From Octopus sinensis (Eukaryota), in the NCBI RefSeq assembly GCF_006345805.1, contig NC_042997.1, forward strand, positions 97,464,001 to 97,528,000: 64,000 nucleotides of DNA, read 5' to 3'. The stretch's first letter is position 1. Each line of letters starts with the position of its first letter. The position numbers were made by a program, and so were the translations under genes. The notes beneath the pieces were generated by a model that saw only the letters and a program-made list of their open reading frames with translations, did not search any database and had not been told where the DNA came from. Shown here piece by piece: positions 16,535-29,400 of the stretch.

Positions 16535-18694
16535 AGGACTGGCTCCTGCGTTATATCAAAGGTTTATTACTTTACGTATATCGGGCTTAAGTCGCCAGTT
16601 ATTTCTGTTTAGTTCATTCAGATTCGTTTAACACTCATTGCAGAGATTCTTTTGTTGTTCTTTCACCGGAAGTCCTTTTCATTGCTGACCAACTTCCTAG
16701 CTAGCCCACAGCGAAGTTCCTGTCTACAGTTCGCCTGTCATGAATCCTACCCTACAGAACTGCTGACTCTCATTGGAAATGAGAAGGCGTTTTAACTGTC
16801 CTGCCCATGCGTGTGGTTACTCGATTCTTTGTTGGCTGTTTCATGTCAAGGGTTGGTGTGATCTGCCTAGGGTGGCCCCTGTTTGATGGCTGGGCTACCT
16901 GAACGGGGCTGTCAATATCGAGATGGACCGGTTTCACTCTATCGTTGGAGACTGTGTCTTGTCATCCGCTAATTAGGAGTTGGAATGTTTTATCTCCCAG
17001 ATGTATGACTTGATATGGACCATCGTGGGATGGCTGGAGGGGTTTTCGTCATCTGTCACGTCTAACGAACACAAAGTTAGCCGTGTGGAGGTCATTTGGT
17101 ATGGATGATTTGGGTGTATCGTGTGTCGACATGGGAGCAGGGCGCAACTGGCCCACACTGTCTCTCAGTTGAGCAAGGTACCTTTTGACATCCAGGTCTG
17201 ACTTCGTATTCGGAAGGAACTTTCCTGGCACTGTTAGAGGGGCATCATACACCATTTCCGCGAAGCAAGTGTTGAGATTTTCTTTCGGGGTGGTGCGGAT
17301 TCCCAGCATCACCCATAGGAGTTGGTCAATCCAACTTGGCCCATTAAGTCTGGTTGTCAGGGATTCCTTCACTAATCCATTGGTCTGTGGGTGGTAGGCT
17401 GTTGTGCGGTTCATTGTGATTCTGAAAAGGTCACACATGTCGTTCAACAGCTTTGAGGTGAACTGTGGACCCCGATCGGATGAGATGCCGTCTGGGACAC
17501 CGAAACAGGTGACCCAGTTTGAGATGAAGGCTCAGCTGGCTTCCTGTGTTTCCGTGCTGTGGAGAGGGATAGCCTCAGGCCAACGGATATAGTGGTCTAT
17601 CAAAGTCAGTAGATGCGAGCAACCCTGTGAAGATGGTAGGGGTGGACAAGGTCGATGTTGACATAGCTGAATCAAGTCTGAGATGGTTCATAGTTGCCGA
17701 GGGGTGCTTTGGTGTGTTGATGGACCTTGGTTTGTTGACAAGGGATGCAGGTCCTGGTCCAGTCCCCGATTTACTTGGCCATACCGTGCCAAATAAATTT
17801 GCTTGACAGCATCCGCTATGTGGATTTAGTACCTGGGTGGGAAAGTCCGTGAATGACGTCGAAAATTTTCTTGCGCCAGTCTGATGGGACGATCAGTCGT
17901 GGCTTCCCAGTGGATACGTCACATAGTAGGGTTGTGCCGTTAAAGCCAAAGTGTACATCCTGCAAAGAAAGTGATGTGATGGCAGTGCGGGAGGCCCTGA
18001 TCTTGTCATCTGTCTGTTGGGTTGCAGCCATAGCTTCGTAATCCAAGCCTTCCGTTTTTGGTGCTAAGTAGGGGTGAGAGCAGGTAGGAGCATGAGAGAG
18101 TGTATCGAAACTGGGTCCAAGCTGACATATGAGGATGGAACAGCATGGTTGCTTGAGCCAGGGCTTGTTTTGTGGATTCGAAGGCTGAAGTCATTTTACT
18201 ATCCCACTCCACCTGTCTTTTTGAACCCTCTTTTGACAGTGCCTTGTATAGAGGTTTCATTACTCTTGCAGCTGAAGGGATGAAGCAATGGTAAAAGTTT
18301 ACCATGCCCACAAATTGATGTAGAGCCTTACTTGTAGTGGGGTGTGGAAAGGATAGGATAGCGTTCCCTTTTTCTGGCAAGGGTGTAGTGCTGGCACTTG
18401 TGATTCGATGTCCTAAGAAGTCGATTTCTGTCGCACTAAAAACGCATTTGGCAGGGTTGATTACTAAAGCATACTGTTCCAGCCTATCAAAAAGTGTTAC
18501 TAGGTGCTTCTTATGAAGCTCTGCATTTTGGCTTGCAATTAGGATATCATCTAAGTATGCAAATACAAAATCAAGACCTCTGCACAAAGTGTCCATGGGG
18601 TGTTAGAAGGATTGTGCTGTGTTTTTCAGCCCAAAGGGTGTACGTGCAAACCGAAAGGAGTGATCACAGCGGTTTTCGGTACATCGTCATCTTG
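16535..18694 (-). mobile_element. Ty3/Gypsy pol remnant (RT with YLDD, integrase, probable 3' LTR); RNase H deleted
   Basis: DDVPKTAVITPFGL, FAYLDDILIAS, HGLSHPG zinc finger, TTAYHPQTNGLV; many stops and frameshifts. Confidence 0.92.
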
Positions 18695-19535
18695 TAACAA
18701 GACATATCTGCAGCTGCATGTGGCTGAGAGACTGTGGAAATATCAGTTGGTAAGGTATAAGGGATGGACGTACTGCCTGACCAGTTTGAGATTTGGGTTG
18801 AATTCAGCATCGATGATTATGGCGACAATTCTCAAGACCATCATGGGAAAGGCTGACAAAGTGAAAAGAGCCACCAATTCCTATATCGATGATATTCCGG
18901 TGGATGAGAGCATAGTGTCGGCAAAAGAGATCTTAAGCCACCTGAAGAGTTTTGGGCTAACCGGAGGCAATGGAGGGAGGAGCTGCCCTGGGACTCAAGC
19001 TACAGAGACACAAGGCTGGCGTGTTGGTGTTTCGGAGAGGGAATGAGATCCAAGAACTGGGTTTAAAGACGAGCAGGCAGGAACTGTTTTCTGTGTGTGG
19101 GAAGCTGCTGATGACACTACCTGATTGTAGGATGGCTCTGGACGGCATGCAGCTTCATCAAGAGGTGAGCTGAAGGAGTGAGGTGGAGTGATAACGTGGG
19201 CGAGAAGACAACCGCCATGATGCAAGAAGTCTTGGAGAGGGTGACTGTGGAGGACCCAGTAAGAAGAAACTGGTATGTGCCGAAATTGAAGAAGGGGGTT
19301 GTGTGGTGTGATGCCAGCAGCATAGCGACGGGAGTTGTCCTGGAAATTGGAGGTGTCGTGGTGGAGGATGCGGCCTGGCTTAGGAAGAAGGACGACTGCA
19401 ACCTGATCAATGTGGCGGAGCTCAATGCCGTACTGAAAGGGCTGAACCTGACCCTGCGGTGGGGGCTGCGTACCATCGAGATCCGGACCGATTCAACTAC
19501 TGTACATAGGCGGGCGGGATCAGTGATCACAGGCA
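18695..19535 (+). mobile_element. Second Gypsy-like RT/RNase H fragment (different family)
   Basis: KTYLQLHV...CLTSLRFGLNSA...SYIDDI; VWCDASSIATG...NVAELNAVLKGLNL...IRTDS. Confidence 0.88.
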
Positions 19536-19823
19536 ACCTTCAGTCTTTTATTACTACCTATTTGAATATACTACAAATGAAGTGACTTCTATTGAAAACT
19601 GGTATTTCTAGTTTTTGCAACACTTTTGAATAGGTTATTGTATGCTAACAATTGGTTTCATGATTATAGCTTTTTTACAAACATACATGAATACATTTTT
19701 GTGTGGTGGACTATTCGTAAAGCTATTAAATCTCTTAACAACAAATCATTTAATTTCAAGATATTCCAAATAGTTTTATCATTTACATTGTTTGACAATG
19801 TTAATAAACTAATGTATTACATA

Positions 19824-20390
19824 CTAGCAGTATAGCCCAGAGTTGCTCAGGTTTCTCTTTTTAGTTGCGCTTAAAACGGCAGACTTTGATGTCGCGTTAA
19901 CAAAGTTCTGACATAGTTTCAATCTATGAACAAAAGTATAGTGTGGCGATGCTCGAGTTTGCTCTGAATGTGCTGCAAATGTGTAATGCCGACTTCAATT
20001 GTTGGTATTGTTGGTTAATATTCCTTCTATTAACATTATGGAAGGAAAAAATTACCCGTAGATTTAAAGCAAAATGAAGCTCAAGTTTCGAACTGCACTG
20101 AAAATCTATTAAGAAGTTAACACTGCAACAGTATTCATTAAGAAAATATACACAGCAGTCAAAAAATCGTAAAATATAGGGATTTTCAGAGGAAAAAGCA
20201 CCTTTTTGACGGAAAGAATTTTTGGTCTTAACACGGTCCGATTTGAATTTTTTCTTCTACGGAATGAAGAGCAAGCCTTCTTCTATCATATTCTCAATTT
20301 TGGTCAACTTGCACCGCAGGGTCTCAGAGGAGATAGTGTTAGTTGAAGGCTACCAAACCTGCCACACACACACACAACTTCAGCTTTATA
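19824..20390 (-). mobile_element. Non-autonomous Helitron
   Basis: 3' hairpin cctgagcaactctggg plus CTAG|T at 19824; 5' region homologous to the element at 27249. Confidence 0.7.
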
Positions 20391-20458
20391 GGTATTAATT
20401 CATTCATAAACACAGTTAATATAAGGCAATATATAGTATAGTCGTTGATGAAATATGG

Positions 20459-21160
20459 TTACAGCACTTCGCAATAGACAACGTTCTTTGTTCTTCCAGA
20501 TGGAGCCAAAGTGAATAGGTTGTTCTGACTACCGACTTGGGAACATCCAACGTATAATTGTCCATGTAAGAAACATGGCTCCTGCAAATGAAGCCCTGCC
20601 ATGGATAATGTCTGACCCTGTGATTTATTTATGGACATGGCAAATGCAACACGTAGGGGAAACTGTGTCCTTCTGAAACAGTAGGGTGCATCAGCTCCTG
20701 ATGTCGTAAGTATAATCTTAGTTATTAAAACGCCCTCTCCCTTTCCACAACCGGAAAGAATTTTAGCATAAATAATGTTATCTGTTATTTTAGTTATTAC
20801 AAGCCTTGTTCCGTTACAAAGCTTAGGTGGAGTGATGTTTCTCAGAAGAATAACGGGACATCTTTCTTTGAGGGACAGTTGATGTTGAGGTAGCCCGGGA
20901 ACATCAAGATCATTCAGATATTCAATTGTAAATTTGGTGTCATCATGCCGGTCTACATTTGAATTAATTGACGTAAATGTTGATATTTCCAGGAAGGGTT
21001 TCAAGTAGCTGTTCATTTATACTGGAAACAATAGCGTTTGTAGGAGCTAATATAGCCCTTTCACATAGCCAATTGCGATTTCGGCAATTCTGTTGAATGT
21101 TTGGAAAAACGGATGCCTTTAGATCCTCTACATTTTCAACCACCTCTTCGATGAAAACAA
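20459..21160 (-). pseudogene. Helitron PIF1-family helicase C-terminal fragment (frameshifted)
   Basis: WLCERAILAPTN; LLRNITPPKLCNGTRL; QFPLRVAFAMSINKSQGQTL; HGQLYVGCS; TKNVVY.EVL. Confidence 0.92.
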
Positions 21161-22417
21161 GCGAAATATACACCGCCAGAAGTTCTTGTTGACAAACAAC
21201 AGCAGTAATTTTATTCAGCTGAATACACGTCATTGATTGGTTGAAATTACTGAAATAGGCCAACTTTAACGTGAAATAACTTCGTAAATATAAGCTTTTC
21301 TCAAAAATGCTAAGAGTAAAAGATGTTTTATATGACACATTCTACCAGTGTCTGAAGTTTTAAAGTGTTTAGTTTTAAAAAATCATTTTTTAAATCTGTC
21401 GGTCAAAAGGTAAAGATCCAACAGATGTAAAACATGTAGTAAACGAAAACGAAAAAAAAAATGCGTGCTGACGAACGGGGAGAGGACTTGGAAAATTCAC
21501 GCGATCAGTCTCACAGGATCCGAAAACTCAACATAACACCCAGTCACAAAAATGAAAAAAAAAATAGTGTAATAGGTGTAAAATAATGTGTAGTAAAAGA
21601 ATATGAAGTAAAAAAAAATTGCACTGACGAACAGGGAAATGGTGAGGACTCGAAACTTTCCTGACGTGAATTTTCCGAATCATTTCCCCCCCCAACTCAT
21701 GTTCGCCAGCGCGCATTTTTTTTTTCATATCCGTTTACTACGTTTTATTTTACACCTATAGCACTTTATTTTTCCGTTTTTGCTCAGGTCAACATGGATA
21801 CGAAGAAAAACTGCACCGCATCCGTCCAAAACCACCTAAATGGCAAGAGTGGAGATGCAAGCCTTCAACACTGCGATTAATGGAGCGCCAAAACTTTTTT
21901 TTTGTAGGGGGCAAGAACATTCAAGAAAACCATATCATGAGTTTACTCATGGTGTCTGACCGAGTGCCTAGTGGTTAAGCTTCTAATCACAACTATGCTG
22001 TCAATGACATATCAATATCATACCGTGTTGGACAGAAAGCTGGCAGAATCGTTAGCACATCAGTCAAAATATTTAACAACATTTCATCTTCATCCATCTG
22101 TATGTTCTTAGTTTAAATTCAGCTGAGATCGAATTTGCCTTTCATCCTTTCAGAGATCAATAAAATAAGACCCAGTTGAACATTGGATTAGATGCCCTCC
22201 CCCAAAATCTGAAATGTATTATACAGTCTGTATCTGTGTTAATTTTCATGTCATATACCAATAATAAAGCTTTCATGAACTTTTAATTGAGATTTTTATA
22301 TTAATATAGTTAATTCGTTGTTAACAGCTAACAGTATGTGCAATACGTTCTGTTTTATGAGATTTTAATGGCGCATTTATTCATTGAATAACTTGGAAGT
22401 ATTTGGTTTGTGTAATA

Positions 22418-23048
22418 TATGGGGGTGCTGAAAAGTTCCTGGCTTTGGGTAAAATATATATATGTATATATATATGATCAGTTATGATTTTATTGAACAT
22501 ATTCAGTTCTTAGATTCACACTCTTATTGCAGTAGTCCTTCAGTTTTTTGGATCTTTTCAGTTTGAACGGCAGTTTTTAAAAATAATTTCCACGTAACTA
22601 AACACTTTTAAATTTCGTATACTGGTAGAATGTGTTTATAAAACCTCTTTTTCTCTTGGCTTTATTGAGAAAATTCTATAGTTTCTAAGATACTTGTTTT
22701 TTTTCTTCTTCAATTTCAACCAATCAATGACGTCTATTGAGGTAAAAAAAAAAACATTCCGTGCCATATGAATATGTCCCTCGTTTAAGAAACAGATTGG
22801 GTTTATTTACATTTGTGAAGAAAAAAAAAAAAAGATACCCTTCCCCTAAAACAGATTGAAATGCAATCAATCGATACTAGGGTCATAATTATGGGTGACA
22901 ATTTCATATGACACCGCTAGAAAAAACTGCCGTTCAAACTGAAAAGATCCGGTTTTTCTGAGACCTGTATAAGAACTTGGAAATTTGGACCTCCAACCAG
23001 GCCTTTTTGTGACACCCTTAAAGCAGGAAGTTTTCAGCACCCTCACAT
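22418..23048. mobile_element. Mariner-type MITE containing a nested element
   Basis: TIRs gggtgctgaaaagttcctggcttt / aaagcaggaagttttcagcaccc with TA flanks. Confidence 0.7.
22550..22950. mobile_element. MITE with 28-bp perfect TIRs (GGATC...), possibly Merlin-like; relative at about 21170-21420
   Basis: ggatcttttcagtttgaacggcagtttt / aaaactgccgttcaaactgaaaagatcc; degenerate 8-bp TSD agtttttt/ggtttttc. Confidence 0.75.
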
Positions 23049-25922
23049 ATGTGTAGTGTGAGGTGTTTTACTGGTTGTAGTATCAGTTATATCTGTCAAG
23101 GTGAATTCATTTTTGCAACATTCTGTTTAGTCTAACATGTCTGAATATTCATTATTGACTAGTATTAGTTTAATTCTTTCGATTTTTCATTTTTCTTTCT
23201 AAGCATCATTTGTTGGTGGACATTTAAAGATTTGTCACAGAAGGTATTTCACTACAAATCCCAAAAGTTAGAAAGAATGTAAGCTCTCATCAGTTGTTGA
23301 TCTACAAAGCTCAAATAAGACCAACATTAGAATGCTAGTGAAATTGCTGACTACATTAAAAGTAAATAAATACAAATCTGGCTGATTAGCAAACACTCAC
23401 CAACATATTGAATCCAGTCAGTTATAGAGATACTAAATCTACGACAATGTCTCCTGCTTCTCTCAAATAGCTAATTATGTACTTCTTCCAACTAAATTCA
23501 TCTGATGTACCTACCATTACATCATTCCACACCACCACCACCACCACAAAATACTTATCTGAAACATTCTTCTTTCAAACTGCAACCCTTCGGAACTCCT
23601 GCTTTACAGAGAAAAAGTTGATTCACCGGCTGAAATATATTACTTGAGCAATAGACATTCTTGGTATTTATAGGCCAGGAGTCAGATATTGGTATAAAAT
23701 GGAATATAAGCCAATTAAATAAAAAAGAAAAAGAAAGTGCGTGTATATAGGTTTTTATTCCAGAATCATTTACAAGATCTTTCTCTGATGAAAGAAAAGA
23801 ACCCTACCCTACTGGGTTTTGATATCACAAAGGTTCTAAACAACAAAATAGTCAATATATTATATATCTTTCTCAGTTAGCATTCTACAAATATTACCTT
23901 TATCAGAAAAAGAAGCTGAGGTGGGTGATTAATTAAAATATATTATGCATCACCAGTATTCTGTAACTGATGGGCTAAGGTATAGTATAAAAGCTATTTC
24001 TTCCAGACACAAACAATTCATTCACAAACATATATTGTCACTGATACAAACTCACAAGCAATCTGTGGTGGGAAGAGAAGGGGAAAAAAAAATATAATAA
24101 ACCCCTAAAATTTTGCTTCAAAATTAAAATTCTAAGTATGCATGTGTGGGGAAAGATATGTAAATGCTTAAGTCAGTCGTAATTTTTAAAATGTTCGGTT
24201 CCAAGACTGATTGTCCGGTTTTAAGTTTGATGAATTTTCACTTTTCACACTAGAGTAACAAATGAAAATACAAAATGAGTACAATATAAATTTCTAACAG
24301 ATGTCAACCTAGACATCGGTTATATATACAAATGATAAGATATTACTAAAACAGTAGGTTTCCACAATTACTTAAAAAAAGCCTACTGAAGTTTTAGATA
24401 CAATATTTCTGAACTCGGTATATAAAGGGACCAATAAAACATCCTACTTGCTGTGCTGCTGGATTCTCCATTAATTTTAATGAACATTTTATGTAATTCT
24501 CAGGTTGGATCAGTTGACATGATATATGACAAGGCTAGACCATTAAATTATAGACATAATCCATACTACAGGCTTCTATGCAGTTTCCATCAGGCCACTT
24601 TTACTAAGACTATGTCAAAAGATAGCCAAAATGACATGCAGTGGCAGGAATCAGGAAATCACAAAGTGAACTTAATCACTTGGCCATGCCTGTGGTCACT
24701 TTATCTTCTAACTTACCATCCTCCTCAGCAAAGTAGTAATGTTATTAATAAGTTTCAAAATTTGGCACAAAGTCAGCAGTTTTTGAAGGGAAGATGGAAG
24801 CTGATTACATCAACCCCAGTAATCTGATGGTGGTTATTTTATCAACCTCAATGGAATGAAAGGCAAAGTGAACCTTGGTGGAATTTAAACTCAAAACAAA
24901 GACAGACAGAATGTTACTATGTATTGTGTCCAGTGTCCAAATGATTCAGCCATCTCACAATCTTGAGTAACAATGATAATAATAGCGATTTCTAACATAG
25001 TTACAAAGACAAGTTTATGAAATGTTAGAGTTAATTTCAGTTGATGTCTGTACAAGACATGATCTTACGAGACGAGAGTTATAAACCAGCTATAAGTGGG
25101 TATGAATTGAGAATATATGGCGACAAGATTAAATACTGTGAGATATTTAGTCCAGTATACTATTGGTTCTGTCAATCCACTATTCTTACTAACAATAATT
25201 TCCAACATCAGCACAAAGACACAAATATTAGAGTTGGGTACAATGGTTAGTTAGACTCCCATATTTGGCTACTATTTAATAATTACCCCGGAACATGAAA
25301 GACCAAGTCAACCTAAACCATAACTTGATACTGCAAGTACTACTATTTTCACTAATTCACGGCTCATAATAATGATTTTTAGCAGAGTAAAGCCAAAAAT
25401 TTTGAAGAGGGGCTAGTCAGTTAAGCCATCTCAATACCTGATGGATATTTTATTTTATCAATCCCAGAAAGGAAAAGTTGACTTTAGAGGGATTTGAACT
25501 CAGAGAATAAAGAATTGGAGCAAATACCACAAGGTATATTGTCCAATGTTCTGACAATCCACAGTCCTTACTTTTAATTATGATAATAATAAAAAGCAGC
25601 AGCATAGCAATCTCCTGAAAATACATATTAAAAATATAAGTTACAAATTTCCAATGTGATCTCTTTTCGAACAACACACACTTGCACCATTAAGATAGTC
25701 CTGATCCAATTTTTACTCAATTGAATTAAGTAACAAACATAATATTGGGTATATTTAAACTGATAATCAATATAAAAATGCCACAAAAAAGTAAACAAAT
25801 GCATGGCAATTACCTGTATTTATCCCCCCCACCCATAATTTTCTCGTTATTCAAATACCTATATCAGTATTTAGTTTAAATACACAAAATATATTCTCTG
25901 ATGAATGAAAGTCTTAAAATCG

Positions 25923-25928
25923 TTTATT
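25923..25928 (-). promoter_or_regulatory. Candidate anillin polyadenylation signal AATAAA
   Basis: TTTATT on the + strand about 350 nt after the stop codon; hexamer only. Confidence 0.35.
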
Positions 25929-26275
25929 AATGTGTGTGATTTGTTCAGAAAGGCTTTTTGATCACAAAAGACAATGTCAGGTGCAAAAATATTGTAAATT
26001 TTCCTCTAAAACTATTTCAGTGCAGATATCTGCTATACCTGGATTGTGACCATGAGATGAACATCACATTCATATATAACAGAGAGAGAAAAAAAAAGGG
26101 AATAAATATGATTATATATAAATAGTATCGTTGCTAGACATTATTTGTTATATAGCCAGTTCACAACATGATCTGGATAAGAAGGACAATCACAAGCTAA
26201 TGCAACACGACATTAGGATTCAGTAATAACTAGCAAAAGGTGGGTATCAGAAAGTAAAGAATATGTATATCACAG

Positions 26276-26408
26276 CTAGACAGCATGAGATGGAACTTTG
26301 ATAGGCTTTAATGCATCCACTTGCCAAGCCCGGATGTTTTCAAGAGCTTCATTTAATTTGTTGCACCATAAAATGCGTTCTTCTTTGGTGTCTGCAGATA
26401 ACATATGT
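26276..26408 (-). CDS. ANLN: Anillin exon 19, terminal coding exon ([19 protein letters not shown]...V*)
   Basis: tttcag acceptor, TAG stop at 26276-26278. Confidence 0.96.
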
Positions 26409-29400
26409 CTGAAAATAGAGGAGTCAAATTTTAATTTTCTCAGAATAATCTAAATAGATATTTATACATAGTCTTTTAATGAAAGTATTGTGTGTGCAAA
26501 CATAAAAACAGAGAGAGAGAGAAATTCAGATATGAAATAAGACTGGTTAATACATACCTGATTGTAGCCATTGTGTGATGTTTTCGAGTGACCAATGTGT
26601 CTTCTTCTCCAGCCCGAAGTGGTCTTACAGTACACATCTCAAATGTGTTTGGTCGAGCACAGATATCTCGTGAGATTAGCCCAACTTTCTCAGTGATACA
26701 TCTCTTTAGGTCAATGTAACCAATAGGATCCTGGAGATAAAAAAACATTTTTATACGAACAGCTTTGTTTGATTGTTACAATGAATTCTGGAACACATAG
26801 CTGTTAAGTACAGTTTGAAAGACGAGTACTCTTCTATAACACCAATAACATGTTCTTGAAGACAAGAGTTTCGTTAGCTAACAAACAGATCAGGTCTAAG
26901 AAATTCAACATGGTTCATCTCAGTATTGTTAAGTAGCTATTTTGCTATTCTGTCTATGGTTAAGAACAGTACTTAGAGCAAGTATCTTCAACAACTAACA
27001 CTTCAGATCAATCCAAACCTTGTGAATGAATTCAGAAGACATGAAATGTATAGAAGGCTGTTGGATAGAACTGCACCTGTATTTCAAAGACCCAGCCTTA
27101 TTACACACTGTCTCGTGTTGGCTCTGCTGGACATTTACATTATATCACATACAGCCACATATTTAAGGAATAAATAAACTGGGAAACTCCAGTTTGAAAC
27201 CAACACGAGATCAAGAACTAATTAAAGCAATGCCAAAATAACAATATATCTATATATATAAAACTGTAGTTGTGTGAGTGTTTGTCCCCTTCGATTTAGA
27301 TTCCTAACTACTCCCACATTTTGCGGTGCAGTTTAACCAAATTCGGGTATCTTATAGTCGTGATTCATATCGAGCCCGTCTGGGTATTAGCGCGCATCTA
27401 CGATGAGTCTACGATTTTAAAAATAATTTAACATAATTTTTTATTCCATTTTAATGCATAATTTTTCGTATGTTGATGGCGGCGGAGTTGGCGTCCATGG
27501 TCACATCTGCACCTGTTTGCTTCTCCCCCTTCTTCCCTCCCTTGTGAAGCTGTGGGGAAGGGAGTGTAAGGAAATCAACGTCGTAAAGCGTTGTCAAGGA
27601 GACCAGCGTTCTTTGAGAACGACTTCATGGCTTGAAGACACCAAAACAGAAATGGCTAAGAAAGCCCGAATTGGCATCTATAAGGGAAGTAACTCTCTAA
27701 AAATGCTTATATAGTTATTTCCCTTACAAACCCGAGCAACGCCGGGCGATACTGCTAGTATATACATATATATATATATAATTCTGCTTAGGCATAGCCA
27801 TACTAATGGCCTGGCATTAAAACTCAATATATATATGCTTCAGAAAAAAAAGCGTCAGTTGAGTACGGAGCAGTAATAAGAGATTAGATAAATGACATGG
27901 AAATAATAAATTATGTCATGAACTTCAATAGCATACAACTGTTTCTGCTATAAGATGCAATGCATTCATAACTGAGTGTTTGTGTATCACTCTTTAGCAG
28001 TGGTTCTCAACCTGTGGTCTGTGGATCCTTGGTGGTCTGCTAAGGTAGTACTGGGGGTCCGTGAACTAAATTCAAAATTTCATACACACACACAAGGATA
28101 GGCATATTAAAAGAGGTCCATGAGGAAAATGCATTTAAATAAATGGGGTCCTTGGTAGTGACAAAGTTGGGAACCACTGCTCTATAGCTTCAGAGTTTCA
28201 AAAATGAAGTGCAGTTTCATTTGGGAAAGCATTACCATCAGAAAAAGCATAAATATATGTAGTAAATGAAGGAGTTGGGATCCTTGTGTATGATTGTTTT
28301 CCAACTCTCATAAATGTATTCTTTTACACTTTCTCATTGTTTTGGATTCTATCATTTTCTCTCTAACTCCATTCCCAAGTGTATTCTTACTCATTTTTTG
28401 ACTTATTTATATTAGTGTAGAAACTCCATTTGGTGTACAAGATTGCAAGCTATGGACACATAAGAGGTGCAGCAGTATCACTGGAAGACTAACAGAGAAA
28501 GTAGTCTTTACATGTAGCAGATATGCAGGTACATCAAACATCAGGAAAGTACAAAAAGTAGACTCCCTCAAAAGTCAAGGGGGATCCTTAGTAAGTAGTA
28601 GTAGTAGACAGTTTCCATTACTTAGGCAACCAAGTTAGTAGTTGGGGTGATTGTTCCAAAAGCATAGCTACTAGAACAGGTTGGGCAAAGTTCAGAGAGC
28701 TACTACCTCTGTTAGTAACGAAGGGCCTCTTCGTCAGAGTGAAAGGCAGATTGTGTATAAACAGACATGTGAGACGTGGGCTGTGACTACTGAGGATATG
28801 CAAAGGCTTGAAAGAAATGAAGCCAGTATGCTCTGCTGGATGGGTAACATCAGTGCGCATATACAACATTTTGTCTGATGCATGAACAATTCTGCCAGCT
28901 CTCCACCTTTAATAATAATTAAAAAGGTATAACAAATTCAATACTTCCCCTTAGCAACATTTCAAATGTAGTCATTATCAAATTTATATTCACTTTCCAT
29001 GCTGGAATGAGCAGAACAGTTCATGATCCGAGTCATTTTTTAGTGGGGAGCCACTGCTCTCACAGACTGGTGCTCATGTATGTAATTTTGGCTTGGTTTT
29101 TACAATTAAGATGCCCTTCTATCACCAACCCCATTCACTTTACAGAACATACCAAATACATTTTCTCATGTTATCAGTACAAGCTAATAAGACCTTGGTA
29201 AAATACGATTAAAAGAGTTCAACCTTACGGTAGAAGTAAAAATCACAAAAATCAAATAGAATAATTGACTAGCTAAGACTACTCTGAGGAAATCATAAGA
29301 ACTTAAAACGAAGAAAAATCAGTTACCTTTCTGTTTTCATCATCTGGATATTTCCAATATTTCATTTTGTTTCCAGAAAGAACACACCAACGCCTATGCC

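Noticed and set aside
18600-19046. 148-aa ORF as a single gene
   Set aside because: Chimera of the antisense strand of one Gypsy RT and the sense strand of another.
23559-23630. Exon-like minus-strand stretch (PVNQLFLCKAGVPKGC...)
   Set aside because: An acceptor is present but the donor reads ataagt, not gt; no recognisable homology or partner exons.
25895-25915. CTGATGA...GAAA hammerhead-like match
   Set aside because: Only 2 nt between the boxes; no stem II or III.
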